The notes under the pieces: generated by a model | Database searches by the model: none | What the model was told of the DNA's origin: nothing | Seen by the model: the letters and a program-made list of their open reading frames with translations, nothing else | Translations under genes and position numbers: made by a program | In this document: one piece after another, positions 44,506-54,724 of the stretch | Layout: the number at the start of each line of letters is the position of its first letter | Position numbering within the stretch: position 1 is the first letter of the stretch | DNA from: an uncultured Thermoleophilia bacterium | GTDB lineage: Bacteria > Actinomycetota > Thermoleophilia > UBA2241 | Length of the DNA: 64,000 nucleotides | Assembly (NCBI GenBank): GCA_963715985.1 | Contig: CAVQSP010000010.1 | Location: 1 to 64,000 of the forward strand | Direction: 5' to 3'

Positions 44506-45278
44506 TCAGACCGCAGGCGCCCCGGCTGCGGCACGCACCAGCACGCCTCCGAGCGCACCGCTGCGCACGTTCTCGAGGATGCCGCCGTACTCGGCGGCCA
44601 CGAACTCGTACCAGTCGGCGCCGAACTCGCATCTCGATGGCGTCCTTTCTGGCGGCGATGCGACGGCACAGGACCTCGTACCAGCGCGTGAGCTCCGGCT
44701 CCAGGTCGCGGAGCTCGATGAGCGTCCAGCCGGCCGCGGCCAGGGCGCCGGGGAGGGCGCCGGGTTCCAGCGGGCGCCACCATTCCCGGCTCGGGTGCCC
44801 CCGCGTGGCCGCGGCGAAGCGCCCGTGCGGGTCCGAGTACTCCAGCAGGCGGAGCTCGGCGCCCCGCGCGGCCAGCCGGCGAAGCTGCGCGAAGGCCGCG
44901 GGCTGGTCGGGCACGGCGTAGAGGGCCGTCATGGCGTACACGAGGTCGAACGGACCGGCGAGCACGGCGGCGGCGGCCTGCAGGTCGCCCTCCACGATGG
45001 CGACTTCAGGGTGTCGCTTGCGGCCGAGGAGCACGGTCTCGGCGTCGATCTCGATGCCGGTCACCGTGCCGTAGCCGCTGTGCCTGCACCCAGGCCGCCG
45101 TGCCGCCGCCGCCGCAACCGGCGTCCAGGATGCGGCGGCCTGGGTCGGCCGCGAGCCCGGCGAAGAGGAGGCGGTTGGCCTCCTCTTCGCCGGGGTGCGC
45201 GTAGTCGGCGTCGCGGATGAGCGCCAGCAGGCGCTTGCCCGTGGCGTTGTTGATCGCCTTCGGGCCCATCGTCGTCAT
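44506..45278 (-). CDS. Class I SAM-dependent methyltransferase (indels)
   Basis: HPGEEEA, ILDAGCGGGGTA, FDLVYA; pieces 45006-45278 and 44486-45064. Confidence 0.8.
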
Positions 45279-45312
45279 CGTCGCGACCGGTCCCGGGCTT
45301 GTCGGGCCGTGG

Positions 45313-48009
45313 TCAGACGAGCTCGTGCAGGCGCTTGATGAGCGGCTCGAACTCGGGGCCGGTGAAGCAGTACTGGAGCTCGGTGAAGCGGCGCCGGAGC
45401 GCGATGACCGCCTCGCTCACGCGGGCCCCGTGGTTGACGACCGCCGCCATGAGTCCCGCGATCTCGCCGAAGTCCGCCGGCTCCATGCCGAACCGCGTCA
45501 TCTCGGCCACGCCGAGGCGCAGGGCGCCCGAGGCGGTGAAGCCCTCCTCGTCGGGCGCCGCCTGGTAGTTGCAGATGATGTTGTTGCCCTCGAGCAGGCC
45601 GGCGACCTCGGGGCCGCGCCCGTAGCCGACGCGCACGATCACCTGGTGCGTCTCGGTGAAGTCCACGGCCGGGTCGCCGGCCACGTCCAGCCCGGCCTCC
45701 TTGAGCGCCACGGCGAAGGCCTTGGCGTTGCGCAGGACGGCCTGCTGGTAGGCGTCCTTGAAGTGGTTCATCTCGAAGGTCGCCATGAGCAGGCCGAGCA
45801 GCGTGCCCAGGTGGTGGTTGCTCACCGATCCCGGGAAGGCACGGCGCTCGATGGCCTCCCAGAGGTCGTACTTCTCCTGCGGCTCCTCCCAGCGCCCGCC
45901 GATGAGGCCGCGCTGCGTGCCGAAGAAGGTCTTGTGCGTCGACCCGGTGACGAGGTCGGCGCCCTCACGGAACGGCTCCTGGAAGTGCGGCCCCACGAGG
46001 CCGAGCACGTGCGCCATGTCGTACATGAGCACGGCGTTGATGCCGGCGTCGTCGAGGAAGGTCCTGACTTCGTACACCGGCTCCGGGTGCAGCACCATGC
46101 TCTTGCCGAGGATGATGAGCTCGGGGCGCTCCTGCTCGATGAGGTCGAGGAGCGCCGGCACGTCCGGCTTGTACGGGTTGTCGGCGAGCACCGGGATGTC
46201 CACCACGGCCGGCAGTTCGGTGCGTGGGTCGCGGGCCACGTAGTCGCGCAGCGCGCCCATGGGCTGCGCGCTCAGGTGGCCGCCGCGGGCGATGTGGTTG
46301 TTGATCACCTTGGCGATGCGCCGCGGTTCGGCCTTGCGGTCGGCGCGGTTGAGGTAGTCCACCATCGCGCTGAACACGGCGGTGTTGGCCATCTGACCGC
46401 TGATGACGCGTGTCTCCACCTCCGGGCAGCCCAGGTAGGCGCGGAGCTCGTTGGCGAGCAGCCGCTCCACCTCGTGGATGAACCCGGTGCCCTGGTAGTA
46501 GAAGACCTCCTGGTCGTAGAAGGCCTCCGTCTTCTTGTGCTCGGCGTAGCGGAAGGACGGGTCGAGGGTGCTGAGCAGCCGGACCATCGGCGACGCCGTC
46601 ATCTCCGAAGGGATGAGGTCGATGCACTCGTCCTGGCGCCACACGTGGTTGGCCACGGCCAGGTTCAGGAGGCGAAGCGCCTTCTCGCCGGCCTCGCCTC
46701 CCTCGAGCTCGGAGAGCTGTGGCGTGTAGTCCCACACGATGGCCCGTGCGCACGGAGGAGCGTCGCTGCGCAGGTGGTAGGGCACCACGAGTCCGGGGAC
46801 GCGGCGGCCGCGCACGTCGAGCTCCACTTCGTCGTCCTCGACCACGCGGCTGTCCAGGTAGGCGAGGGCTATCGAGCGCAGGTCGTGCTCGTCCGTACGC
46901 GACGAGCAGAGCCCCTCGCCCTCCACGCCCCAGTAGGGCACGGCCGTGCCGCTGGTGACCCAGCCGAGGAGCTCGCCGTCCGGACGCAGGACCTGCGAGC
47001 CTTCGCGGGCGATGCCGCGCCCGGTCACGGCCACGGGCCGCGTGAGGCGTGGCAGGTCGTGGATCAGCGAGTAGTCGCGGGCGAGGATGCGCGCGTACGC
47101 GGCGTGCTGCAGCTCGAGCGCCGCACGCCCGACGAACTCACCCTTCAGCGGCGAGAAGCTGACCGCGAACGTGGCCAGCGGGCAGCTCATGATGGGGATC
47201 TCGTGGCCGTCGGGGTCGAGGCCGAGCTCGTGCCCGTACAGCGGCAGGCCGGCCTCGAGGCGCAGCGTGTCGCGGGCGCCGAGCCCCACGGGAGCGGCTC
47301 CTGCCTCCACCAGCGCGTCCCAGAGTGCCGGCCCGTGCTCGGGCGCCATGAACAGCTCGAAGCACAGCGGCTCGCCGGTGTAGCCGGTGCGCGCGATGCG
47401 TACCGGCACGGGGCGAGCCGTGCCGCCCGGACTCGGCACCTGCATGGTGGCGATGCTGAGCTCGTTGCGGAACGGATCCGGGAGCGTACCGGTCGCGATG
47501 AGGCCGGCGAGGATGTCCCGGGACGCCAGGCCCTGCAAGGCCAGCATGGCGATCTCGCCGGTCTCGTCGGTGAGCTCGACGTCCGGGAAGCCCTCCAGCT
47601 GCTCCTGGAAGTGCTCCCAGTCCTTGACCCGGTTGGCGGCGTTGACGACCAGCAGGTACTCGTCCTCCACGAAGCGGTAGAGGTAGGCGTCGTCCACCGC
47701 GCCGCCGGTCGGTGTGGGCACGATGGTGTACTGCGCCTGCAGGGGGTCGAGCGCCTCGGCGTTGTTGCTGAGCACGTGCTGCAGGAAGCGTGCGGCGCCG
47801 GGGCCGCGCAGCACGAAGCGGCCCATGTGCGACACGTCGAAGAGGCCCGCGCGGCTGCGGGTGGCGAGGTGCTCGGCGAGGATGCCGCCGGGGTACTGCA
47901 CCGGCATCTCCCAGCCGCCGAAGTCGACGAGTCTGGCCCCGAGCGCCACATGACGCCCGTGGAAGGGCGTGCGCAGCAGACCGGCGGCCTCGGGCGATGA
48001 GCCGCTCAC
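45313..48009 (-). CDS. Fused glycine-cleavage T protein (GcvT) + serine hydroxymethyltransferase
   Basis: N-terminal LRTPFH..FGGWEMP, LFDVSHMG, RTGYTGE, GARDTLRLEAG; C-terminal LIPSE, YDMAH, STHKTFFG, GALRLG; one continuous frame. Confidence 0.9.
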   Translation of the reverse strand: MSGSSPEAAGLLRTPFHGRHVALGARLVDFGGWEMPVQYPGGILAEHLATRSRAGLFDVSHMGRFVLRGPGAARFLQHVLSNNAEALDPLQAQYTIVPTPTGGAVDDAYLYRFVEDEYLLVVNAANRVKDWEHFQEQLEGFPDVELTDETGEIAMLALQGLASRDILAGLIATGTLPDPFRNELSIATMQVPSPGGTARPVPVRIARTGYTGEPLCFELFMAPEHGPALWDALVEAGAAPVGLGARDTLRLEAGLPLYGHELGLDPDGHEIPIMSCPLATFAVSFSPLKGEFVGRAALELQHAAYARILARDYSLIHDLPRLTRPVAVTGRGIAREGSQVLRPDGELLGWVTSGTAVPYWGVEGEGLCSSRTDEHDLRSIALAYLDSRVVEDDEVELDVRGRRVPGLVVPYHLRSDAPPCARAIVWDYTPQLSELEGGEAGEKALRLLNLAVANHVWRQDECIDLIPSEMTASPMVRLLSTLDPSFRYAEHKKTEAFYDQEVFYYQGTGFIHEVERLLANELRAYLGCPEVETRVISGQMANTAVFSAMVDYLNRADRKAEPRRIAKVINNHIARGGHLSAQPMGALRDYVARDPRTELPAVVDIPVLADNPYKPDVPALLDLIEQERPELIILGKSMVLHPEPVYEVRTFLDDAGINAVLMYDMAHVLGLVGPHFQEPFREGADLVTGSTHKTFFGTQRGLIGGRWEEPQEKYDLWEAIERRAFPGSVSNHHLGTLLGLLMATFEMNHFKDAYQQAVLRNAKAFAVALKEAGLDVAGDPAVDFTETHQVIVRVGYGRGPEVAGLLEGNNIICNYQAAPDEEGFTASGALRLGVAEMTRFGMEPADFGEIAGLMAAVVNHGARVSEAVIALRRRFTELQYCFTGPEFEPLIKRLHELV

Positions 48010-49218
48010 GCCTCGGCCCAGCTCTTCAGCAGCCCGAGGCCCTCGCGGATCCGCTCGGTACTGATACCCGAGTAGGCGAAGCGCACGTAGCGCTGCTCCT
48101 CGCCGGGGAGCGCGCGGCCGAAGTGCAGGCGGGTGCAGAAGCTGACGCCCGTCTGCTCCAGCGCCGCACGCCGCAGCTCGTCGTAGGTCGAGAATCCCTT
48201 GCGCTCCATGAGCCCGGTCACGTTGGGATACAGGTAGAACGTGGCCCCCGGGCGGAAGCAGGCGATGCCGGGGATCTCGTTGAGGATGTCGACGGCGGCG
48301 TCGCGGCGCTCCCGGAGGATGCGCGACGATCTCGCGTGGCCCCGCCTGGTCGCCCGTGAGGCCCTCCAGGGCGCCGTACTGGACGAAGTGGTTGGAGCAG
48401 CTCTCGTCGTTGACGTTGAGCTTGGCGATCACGTCGGCGATCCACTGCGGCCCGATCGCGGCGCCCAGGCGCCAGCCGGTCATCGCGAACTTCTTGCTGA
48501 ACGTGTAGAGGATCAGACAGCGTTCCGCCATGCCGGGCAGGCTCGCCAGCGACCGGCTGGCGCCCGAGTAGCGGATGTCCCAGTACGCCTCGTCGCAGAG
48601 CACCAGCAGGTCGTTCCTCAGCGCGAACTCGGCGACGCGCTCCATCTCCGCCGGCGAGCTCTCCGCGCCGGTGGGGTTCTGCAGGTTGTTGAAGATGAGG
48701 ATCCGCGTGCGCGGCGTGACCTGTCGCTCCAGGGCGTCGAAGTCGAGCTCATAGTCCGCGTCGCCCTCCACGTAGCCGTAGGGCAGGGCGACGCCGCCGT
48801 TGAACTCGATCTGGCTCTCGTAGATGGGGTAGCCCGGATTGGGGTAGAGCACCTCGTCGCCGGGGTCCATGACGGAGAGGAGGAACTTGCCGATCACCGG
48901 CTTGCCGCCGGGCTCGACCACCACGTTCTGCGGGCCCAGCTCGAGCCCGCGAGAGGCGGCCACATCGGCGGCCAGGGCCTCGCGCAGCGGCATGATGCCG
49001 GCGTTCGGGCAGTAGCCGGTCTTGCCGTCGCGGATGGCCTTCTCCGCGGCGTCCACGATGTTCCGCGGTGTGGGCAGGTCCATGTCGCCGAGGTGGAAGG
49101 GGTAGACGGTGTGGCCGAGCGCCTGCCACTCGTTGGCCTCGGCCGAGACGGAGAACGCCGTCTCGGTGCCGAGACGGTCGATGCGAGCTGCCACGCGGTG
49201 GTCGAGTCCTGCGCCCAT
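48006..49218 (-). CDS. Class I/II PLP aminotransferase (frameshift near 48320)
   Basis: PNPGYPIY, NNLQNPTG, DEAY, TFSKKFAMTGWRLG; C-terminus in ORF 48006-48221. Confidence 0.88.
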
Positions 49219-49242
49219 AGCACTCACTCCTTGAGCCAGAGA

Positions 49243-49415
49243 GGACAGGGTGATGGTCCCATCACCCTGTCCGCCTGCGGGCTCGTGAGCCGCGTGCTCC
49301 AGGGGCCCGTCCGCTTGCGCTCCGTTGGCCTGAGAGATTCGGCGGCGCATCCGGCGCCATCCTTGCCCCTTCGGCGCCCGCCATCTCTTGCGAGCGGCGG
49401 GCTCTCGCGCCAGCA
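49243..49415 (-). ncRNA. Glycine riboswitch (single aptamer) with downstream hairpin
   Basis: Minus strand GAGAG...CGCCGAAGGGGCAA...AATCTCTCAGGCCAACGGA; 14-bp hairpin at 49243-49272 before the RBS; upstream of the gcvT-glyA fusion operon. Confidence 0.85.
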
Positions 49416-49784
49416 TCCGCCGGGCGTCCTCGGTTGCCCCGAGCGTAGCACTCATGGGCAGCGCCGGGCAACGGGGGCGGGTGCAGGGTCAGCGGGACGT
49501 GGGGACGTCCAGCACCTCGACGTGCACGTGCGCCTTGTGGCGGATGGTGCGCAGCACGTCGATGGCCGCCTTGACGCAGTCCTCCAGGCCGGGCTCGGCG
49601 GCTTCACGGGGCAGGCCGACATCAGGTCGCGGCGCTCTGTGCGAGGATCGTCTCCCAGGCGGGCCTCCGTTCTATCCCCCGCCAGGCCGGGTCCGGCCCG
49701 TCACGTCCGGCTCGTGCGGGTGTAGGCTGCGGGGGCGCACGGGTCTTTGTCCGTCAGCTGTCCAGCTGTGCGCGGGGGTCGGAG

Positions 49785-50237
49785 ATGCACGCGGAAGAGC
49801 TCCGCTGGTTCAACGACTGGGTGGTGTCGTGGCCTGTCCAGGTCGCGGTCGCAGCCGCCCTCGTCGCCCTCGTGGTGATCGCCTTCGCGCGCTCGTCGCA
49901 GACGTTCGGTGAGGGGCCGGCGCGCACCCGGTTCCGCGTCGCCGTGGTGCTCCTGGGCGCCGCCCTCGTCCTTCAGGCGCTGCTCACGGCCGCGACCGGT
50001 CGCATGGTCACGCCGGTCTTGATCCAGGTGATCGAAGTGCTGTGGCTGTTCGCCTTGTGGCTCTACTACTTCTTCCGCCTGCTGACCGGACGGCGGAGCG
50101 GCAAGGGCGACCCCGAGACGCAGCGTCGCGGAGTCGCCCTGGACGACGCCATCTCCCGCTGCGGCCGCGACCGGGACGGACCGGAGGCCGGAGACGGCGA
50201 GCCGCGCTCCGGCTGCGCGGGCAGCGGCGCCCCCTGA
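49785..50237 (+). CDS. Hypothetical membrane protein
   Basis: GGAG RBS-like; three hydrophobic segments. Confidence 0.55.
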   Translation: MHAEELRWFNDWVVSWPVQVAVAAALVALVVIAFARSSQTFGEGPARTRFRVAVVLLGAALVLQALLTAATGRMVTPVLIQVIEVLWLFALWLYYFFRLLTGRRSGKGDPETQRRGVALDDAISRCGRDRDGPEAGDGEPRSGCAGSGAP

Positions 50238-50313
50238 GCCCGGCGCCGCGCGAGGTCCCGGATGGGCCGGCGCCGGTGGCCCGCCCGCTCGACCTCCGAT
50301 AGACTCGCCTCCC

Positions 50314-51360
50314 GTGAGCGAAACGACCGACACGTCCGGCACGTCCTCGGAGGCCAGGCCTCAGCGCCGGCCGCGCGTGTTCAGCGGCATCCAGCCCTCC
50401 GGCAACATGCACCTGGGCAACTACCTGGGCGCCGTGCGGAACTGGGTCGCCATGCAGGAGACCCACGATTGCGTCTACTGCGCCGTCGACCTGCACGCGA
50501 TCACCGTGCGGCAGCAGCGTGCGGAGCTGCGGCGCAACACGATCGACCTGGTCAACCTGCTGCTCGCTTCCGGCATCGACCCCGAGCGCTCCATCGTGTT
50601 CGTGCAGAGCCACGTGGCGGCCCACACCGAGCTCATGTGGATCCTCAACACCATCACGTACATGGGCGAGCTGCGGCGCATGACGCAGTTCAAGGACAAG
50701 ACCGCCGGGCAGGAGGGCGAGAGCATCGGTGTCGCGCTGTTCGACTACCCCGTGCTGCAGGCCGCGGACATCCTTCTGTACCAGGCCGACGCGGTGCCCA
50801 TCGGCGAGGATCAGAAGCAGCACGTGGAGCTCACGCGCGACATCGCCATCCGCTTCAACAACGCCTTCGGCAAGGCCTTCGTCGTGCCCGAACCTATCAT
50901 CCGCGAGGGCGGGGCTCGGGTCATGGGCCTGGACGATCCCACGAAGAAGATGAGCAAGAGCTCCGGCTCCGACAACAGCTACATCGCCGTGATGGACCAG
51001 CCCGACGTGATGCGCCGCAAGATCAAGCGCGCCGTCACCGACTCGGGCACCGACGTCCGCGGCGGCCCGGACAAGCCGGCGCTCACCAATCTGCTCGACA
51101 TCTACAGCGCCCTGACCGGCGAGGCCGTGTCCGCCATCGAGCAGCGCTATGAGGGCAAGGGCTACGCTGACTTCAAGACCGATCTGGGCGAGGTGGTCGT
51201 AGAGGCGCTCGCCCCCATCCAGTCACGCATCCGCGAGCTCGAGGCCGACAAGAGCTTCACGCTCGAGGTGCTCCGCGCAGGGGCCGAGCGCGCCGAGGCC
51301 ATCGCCGGCCGCACGCTCGCCAAGGCGCGCGAGCGCATCGGGCTCGTCCCGCGCCCGTAG
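50314..51360 (+). CDS. trpS: Tryptophan--tRNA ligase
   Basis: SGIQPSG.MHLGNY, DLHAIT, YPVLQAADIL, GEDQKQH, KMSKS. Confidence 0.97.
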   Translation: MSETTDTSGTSSEARPQRRPRVFSGIQPSGNMHLGNYLGAVRNWVAMQETHDCVYCAVDLHAITVRQQRAELRRNTIDLVNLLLASGIDPERSIVFVQSHVAAHTELMWILNTITYMGELRRMTQFKDKTAGQEGESIGVALFDYPVLQAADILLYQADAVPIGEDQKQHVELTRDIAIRFNNAFGKAFVVPEPIIREGGARVMGLDDPTKKMSKSSGSDNSYIAVMDQPDVMRRKIKRAVTDSGTDVRGGPDKPALTNLLDIYSALTGEAVSAIEQRYEGKGYADFKTDLGEVVVEALAPIQSRIRELEADKSFTLEVLRAGAERAEAIAGRTLAKARERIGLVPRP

Positions 51361-51409
51361 GGTCCGCGCCCGCCGGGCGCCCGCCGACGCCAAGGCATCC
51401 GGAGGACCG

Positions 51410-52285
51410 GTGACCGCCACCACCGACCGCTACAGGAGCATCCGCACCGTCCTCTGGGGCGTGCTGGTGCTCAATCTCGCGGTGGCGACCGCGAAGCTCG
51501 TGTACGGGATCATCAGCCATTCGGCTGCCATGGAGGCCGACGGCTTCGCCTCGATGTTCGACGGGGCATCCAACGTCATCGGTCTGGTCGGCCTCTGGTT
51601 CGCGGCGCGGCCGGCCGACGTCGAGCATCCCTACGGGCACGCCAAGTTCGAGACCTTCGCCGCAGCGCTGATCGGCATCATGCTCGTGATCGCCGGCTAC
51701 ACGGTCGGCAAGGGCGCCGTCGACAGCCTCATGGGCCGCGGCGTGCCCACCGAGGTCACGTCGATCTCGTTCGGCATCATGCTCGGCACGCTCGCCGTGA
51801 ACCTCCTCGTCACCACCTGGGAGCGTCGCGCCGGCAAGCGCCTGAGCAGCGAGATCCTGCTCGCCGACGCCAGTCACACGCTGAGCGACGTGCTCGTCAG
51901 CTGCGGCGTCATCGTCAGCCTCATCCTCGTCAAGGCGGGCATCCAGCAGGCCGACGGCGTGGTCGCGCTCCTCGTCGCCGTCGTCATCCTCCGCACCGCC
52001 TGGGGCATCATGAGCGGCGTCCTGCACACGCTCGGCGACGCCGCCCGCCTGCCGGTGGACGAGGTCGCCGCAGTCGCCCGCCGCGTGCCCGGCGTCTCCG
52101 GCTGCCACGCCGTCCGCTCCCGCGGGCCCGAGTCGCAGGTGTACGTGGACCTGCACGTGCAGGTGGCGCGAGGGACCACGGTCGAGGTCGCACATGACGT
52201 GGCGCATGACGTCGAGGCGGCACTGCGCCACGAGTACGGCCAGATCACCGACGTGGTCGTGCACGTCGAGCCGGCGGAGCAGTGA
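51410..52285 (+). CDS. Cation diffusion facilitator transporter
   Basis: HPYGHAKFE, ADASHTLSD, VDLHVQV, VVVHVEP. Confidence 0.9.
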   Translation: MTATTDRYRSIRTVLWGVLVLNLAVATAKLVYGIISHSAAMEADGFASMFDGASNVIGLVGLWFAARPADVEHPYGHAKFETFAAALIGIMLVIAGYTVGKGAVDSLMGRGVPTEVTSISFGIMLGTLAVNLLVTTWERRAGKRLSSEILLADASHTLSDVLVSCGVIVSLILVKAGIQQADGVVALLVAVVILRTAWGIMSGVLHTLGDAARLPVDEVAAVARRVPGVSGCHAVRSRGPESQVYVDLHVQVARGTTVEVAHDVAHDVEAALRHEYGQITDVVVHVEPAEQ

Positions 52286-52388
52286 GGGCGCCGCGGACGC
52301 TCCGGCCCGCCTGCCGCGACCCGAGAGTGGCCCGCGCGGGGGCGAGCGCGTAGACTAGCGCACGCACCGAGGGTCCCCGGGAGGGCAC

Positions 52389-52859
52389 ATGATCTCCGAT
52401 GAGCTGATGAAGCGCAGAAACGCCGGCGCCATCATCGACAGGGCTGTCGACGCGATGGTCTCCGTCGACGTCATGAGAAAGCGCGCGATGCAGACGGTCG
52501 GCGATGAGTTCCCGCTCGTGTTCTGGACCGGCACGGGCCGCATCGTCGGTGCCGACGAGAAGACGCTCAGCCTGCTCGTGCGCGGGCTGCGCGCCGACTT
52601 CACGTGGGAGCGTCTCGGGGTCACCTGGCAGCGGCTGCTGGACAACCACACGCTGGACGTCGACGAGCTCGGCGGCGGTCACGACGCCGTGGGCATCGTC
52701 AGCATCTTCGCCCATCTGGCTGCCGGCGCTCTCGATGTGATCGACGAGGACGGCCTGCTGGTGGTCAAGAAGCGTCCCGACAGACCGATCCACCAGTACT
52801 CGGACATGAGCCGGCCCACCGCCTGGGCGCAGTGGCGGCGGGACATCCACGGCGACTGA
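52389..52859 (+). CDS. Hypothetical protein
   Basis: GGAGG RBS, GC3-rich codon usage. Confidence 0.65.
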   Translation: MISDELMKRRNAGAIIDRAVDAMVSVDVMRKRAMQTVGDEFPLVFWTGTGRIVGADEKTLSLLVRGLRADFTWERLGVTWQRLLDNHTLDVDELGGGHDAVGIVSIFAHLAAGALDVIDEDGLLVVKKRPDRPIHQYSDMSRPTAWAQWRRDIHGD

Positions 52860-52893
52860 CGGCCGCCGAGGCATCGCCGTCTCGACCCTCGCC

Positions 52894-53793
52894 GTGATCC
52901 AGCTCTTACGAGACAGGCACGTCTTCAGCCTCTCGGCGACGGCTGAGCCTGCCGCGCGCGTCCCAGCCGGAGGCACCGTTTGCCTCGAGACCTCGGACTG
53001 CTTTGCCGACCAGGTGCGCTCGTCCTCCGATACGTCGGAGGGCGTCGACTGGGAGCACATCAATCCCGCGACGGGGCCCGTCTACGTGGATGGTGCGGAA
53101 CCCGGCGACGTACTCGCCGTCACCGTGGAGCGGATCGAGGTGGCGGACCAGGGCGTGATGGCGGTGAGCGCCGGTTTCGGCGTGCTGCGCGAGCACTTCT
53201 CGGGGACCTCGTTCCGCATCGTCCCGCTACGGGACGGCGCGGCGTTGCTGCCGGGCGGAGCCCGCGTCGCGCTGCGGCCGATGATCGGCGTCATGGGAGT
53301 CGCGCCGGTCGGCGAGCCGGTACCGTGCGGCTCGCCGGGACCGCACGGCGGCAACATGGACACGCAACTCATCGGGGAGGGCGCCACCGTGTATCTGCCG
53401 GTGGCGGCAGCCGGCGCTCTGCTGGCGGCGGGCGACCTTCACGCGGCCATGGGTGACGGCGAGATCAGCGGGACCGGGGTGGAGGTGGCGGGGCGCATCA
53501 CCCTGCGCGTGGACGTGCGCCGCGACCTCGCTCTCGTGAACCCGGTGGTCGAGACGCCGGAGGTCGTGGCGACCGTCGCCTCGGCCGTGACGCTGGACGA
53601 GGCCGCGGACCTGGCGACGCGAGACATGGCCGAGCTGCTGCGCGCGCGCCTCGGCCTCTCCATCGGCGACGCCACGATGCTGATGAGCGCTGGAGGTCAG
53701 CTGCGGGTGTCGCAGGTCGTGGATCCTCTCAAGACGGCGCGCTTCGAGATGTCCAAGGAGATCCTGGCGTGCTTCGCCACCACCCTTTTGTGA
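52894..53793 (+). CDS. Acetamidase/formamidase family protein
   Basis: NPATGPVYVDGAEPGD, HGGNMD, GDLHAAMGDGEI. Confidence 0.9.
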   Translation: MIQLLRDRHVFSLSATAEPAARVPAGGTVCLETSDCFADQVRSSSDTSEGVDWEHINPATGPVYVDGAEPGDVLAVTVERIEVADQGVMAVSAGFGVLREHFSGTSFRIVPLRDGAALLPGGARVALRPMIGVMGVAPVGEPVPCGSPGPHGGNMDTQLIGEGATVYLPVAAAGALLAAGDLHAAMGDGEISGTGVEVAGRITLRVDVRRDLALVNPVVETPEVVATVASAVTLDEAADLATRDMAELLRARLGLSIGDATMLMSAGGQLRVSQVVDPLKTARFEMSKEILACFATTLL

Positions 53794-53835
53794 GGGCGGG
53801 ACGGAACGCCGCACGCCCTCTGCTGGAGGTTCCCG

Positions 53836-54711
53836 ATGACCACTGACTACGGCGCCCAGAGCATGACCGCCCCTCTCAAGAGGGTCGTGATGCGGCGGCC
53901 CGGCGAAGACATGGCCGCCGCCGACCCGGCCGCGTGGCACTACACGGCGCCGATCGACCTCGAGCAGGCGCGTGCGGCGCACGACGCCTTCGCGGACGCG
54001 CTGCGCGCCTGGGGCGTCGAGGTGCTGTACCACGACGAGCCGCTGCCGGGGCTCGCCGACGGCGTGTTCGTCTTCGACCCCGCCCTCGTCACCGACCGCG
54101 GCACCGTGCTGCTCAGCATGGGCAAGGAGAAGCGCCGCGGCGAGGAGGAGCCACTGGGCCGCACGCTGCAGGCCTGCGGCGTGCCGCTGTACGGGCGTCT
54201 CGAGGGTGACGCCCGCGCCGAGGGCGGCGACACGCTGTGGCTGGACCACGACACGCTCGCAGTAGGGCGCGGCTTTCGGACGAACGCCGAAGGCGTGCGC
54301 CAGCTCCGCGGCCTGCTCGGCCCGCTCGGTGTCACGGTGGTGGACTACGACCTGCCGTTCTTCACGGGCCCAGAGGCCTGCCTGCACCTGCTCAGCGTCG
54401 TCAGCCCGGTGGACGACGACCTCGCTGTGGCGTACCCGCCGCTCATGCCTACGGCGTTCTGGGCGGAGCTCAAGCGGCGCGGCGTGCGCCTGCTGGAAGT
54501 CCCGGAGGGGGAGTTCCTCCACACGCAGGCGACCAACGTGCTGTGCGTGGCTCCGCGCCGCTGCGTCATGCTGCAGGGCAGCCCTGTGACCCGTCAGCTC
54601 CTCGAAGAGGCCGACTGCGAGGTCGTCACCTTCCCCGGGGAGCCGCTCTCCTTCAAGGCCGAGGGCGGGCCCACCTGTCTCACGCGCCCCGTTCTGCGCG
54701 ACGCCTCCTGA
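53836..54711 (+). CDS. Amidinotransferase / dimethylarginine dimethylaminohydrolase (DDAH)-like protein
   Basis: DGVFVFDP, RRGEE, EGGD, RTN, LHL, GGPTCLT. Confidence 0.85.
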   Translation: MTTDYGAQSMTAPLKRVVMRRPGEDMAAADPAAWHYTAPIDLEQARAAHDAFADALRAWGVEVLYHDEPLPGLADGVFVFDPALVTDRGTVLLSMGKEKRRGEEEPLGRTLQACGVPLYGRLEGDARAEGGDTLWLDHDTLAVGRGFRTNAEGVRQLRGLLGPLGVTVVDYDLPFFTGPEACLHLLSVVSPVDDDLAVAYPPLMPTAFWAELKRRGVRLLEVPEGEFLHTQATNVLCVAPRRCVMLQGSPVTRQLLEEADCEVVTFPGEPLSFKAEGGPTCLTRPVLRDAS

Positions 54712-54724
54712 GGGACGCCGAGCC

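Noticed and set aside
45313-49455. 1380-aa aminotransferase-GcvT-SHMT triple fusion
   Set aside because: The aminotransferase C-terminus is in another frame, ending at 48006; the indel near 48320 creates the join. The ORF's 5' extension runs through the riboswitch.
49488-49625. Possible short minus-strand ORF (EDCVKAAIDVLRTIRHKAHVHVEV)
   Set aside because: Coding-like codons but no in-frame start without assuming an indel; not enough support.
51358-51410. Pyl readthrough of terminal TAGs such as in trpS
   Set aside because: The proteins are already full length and the downstream sequence shows no protein-like continuation.
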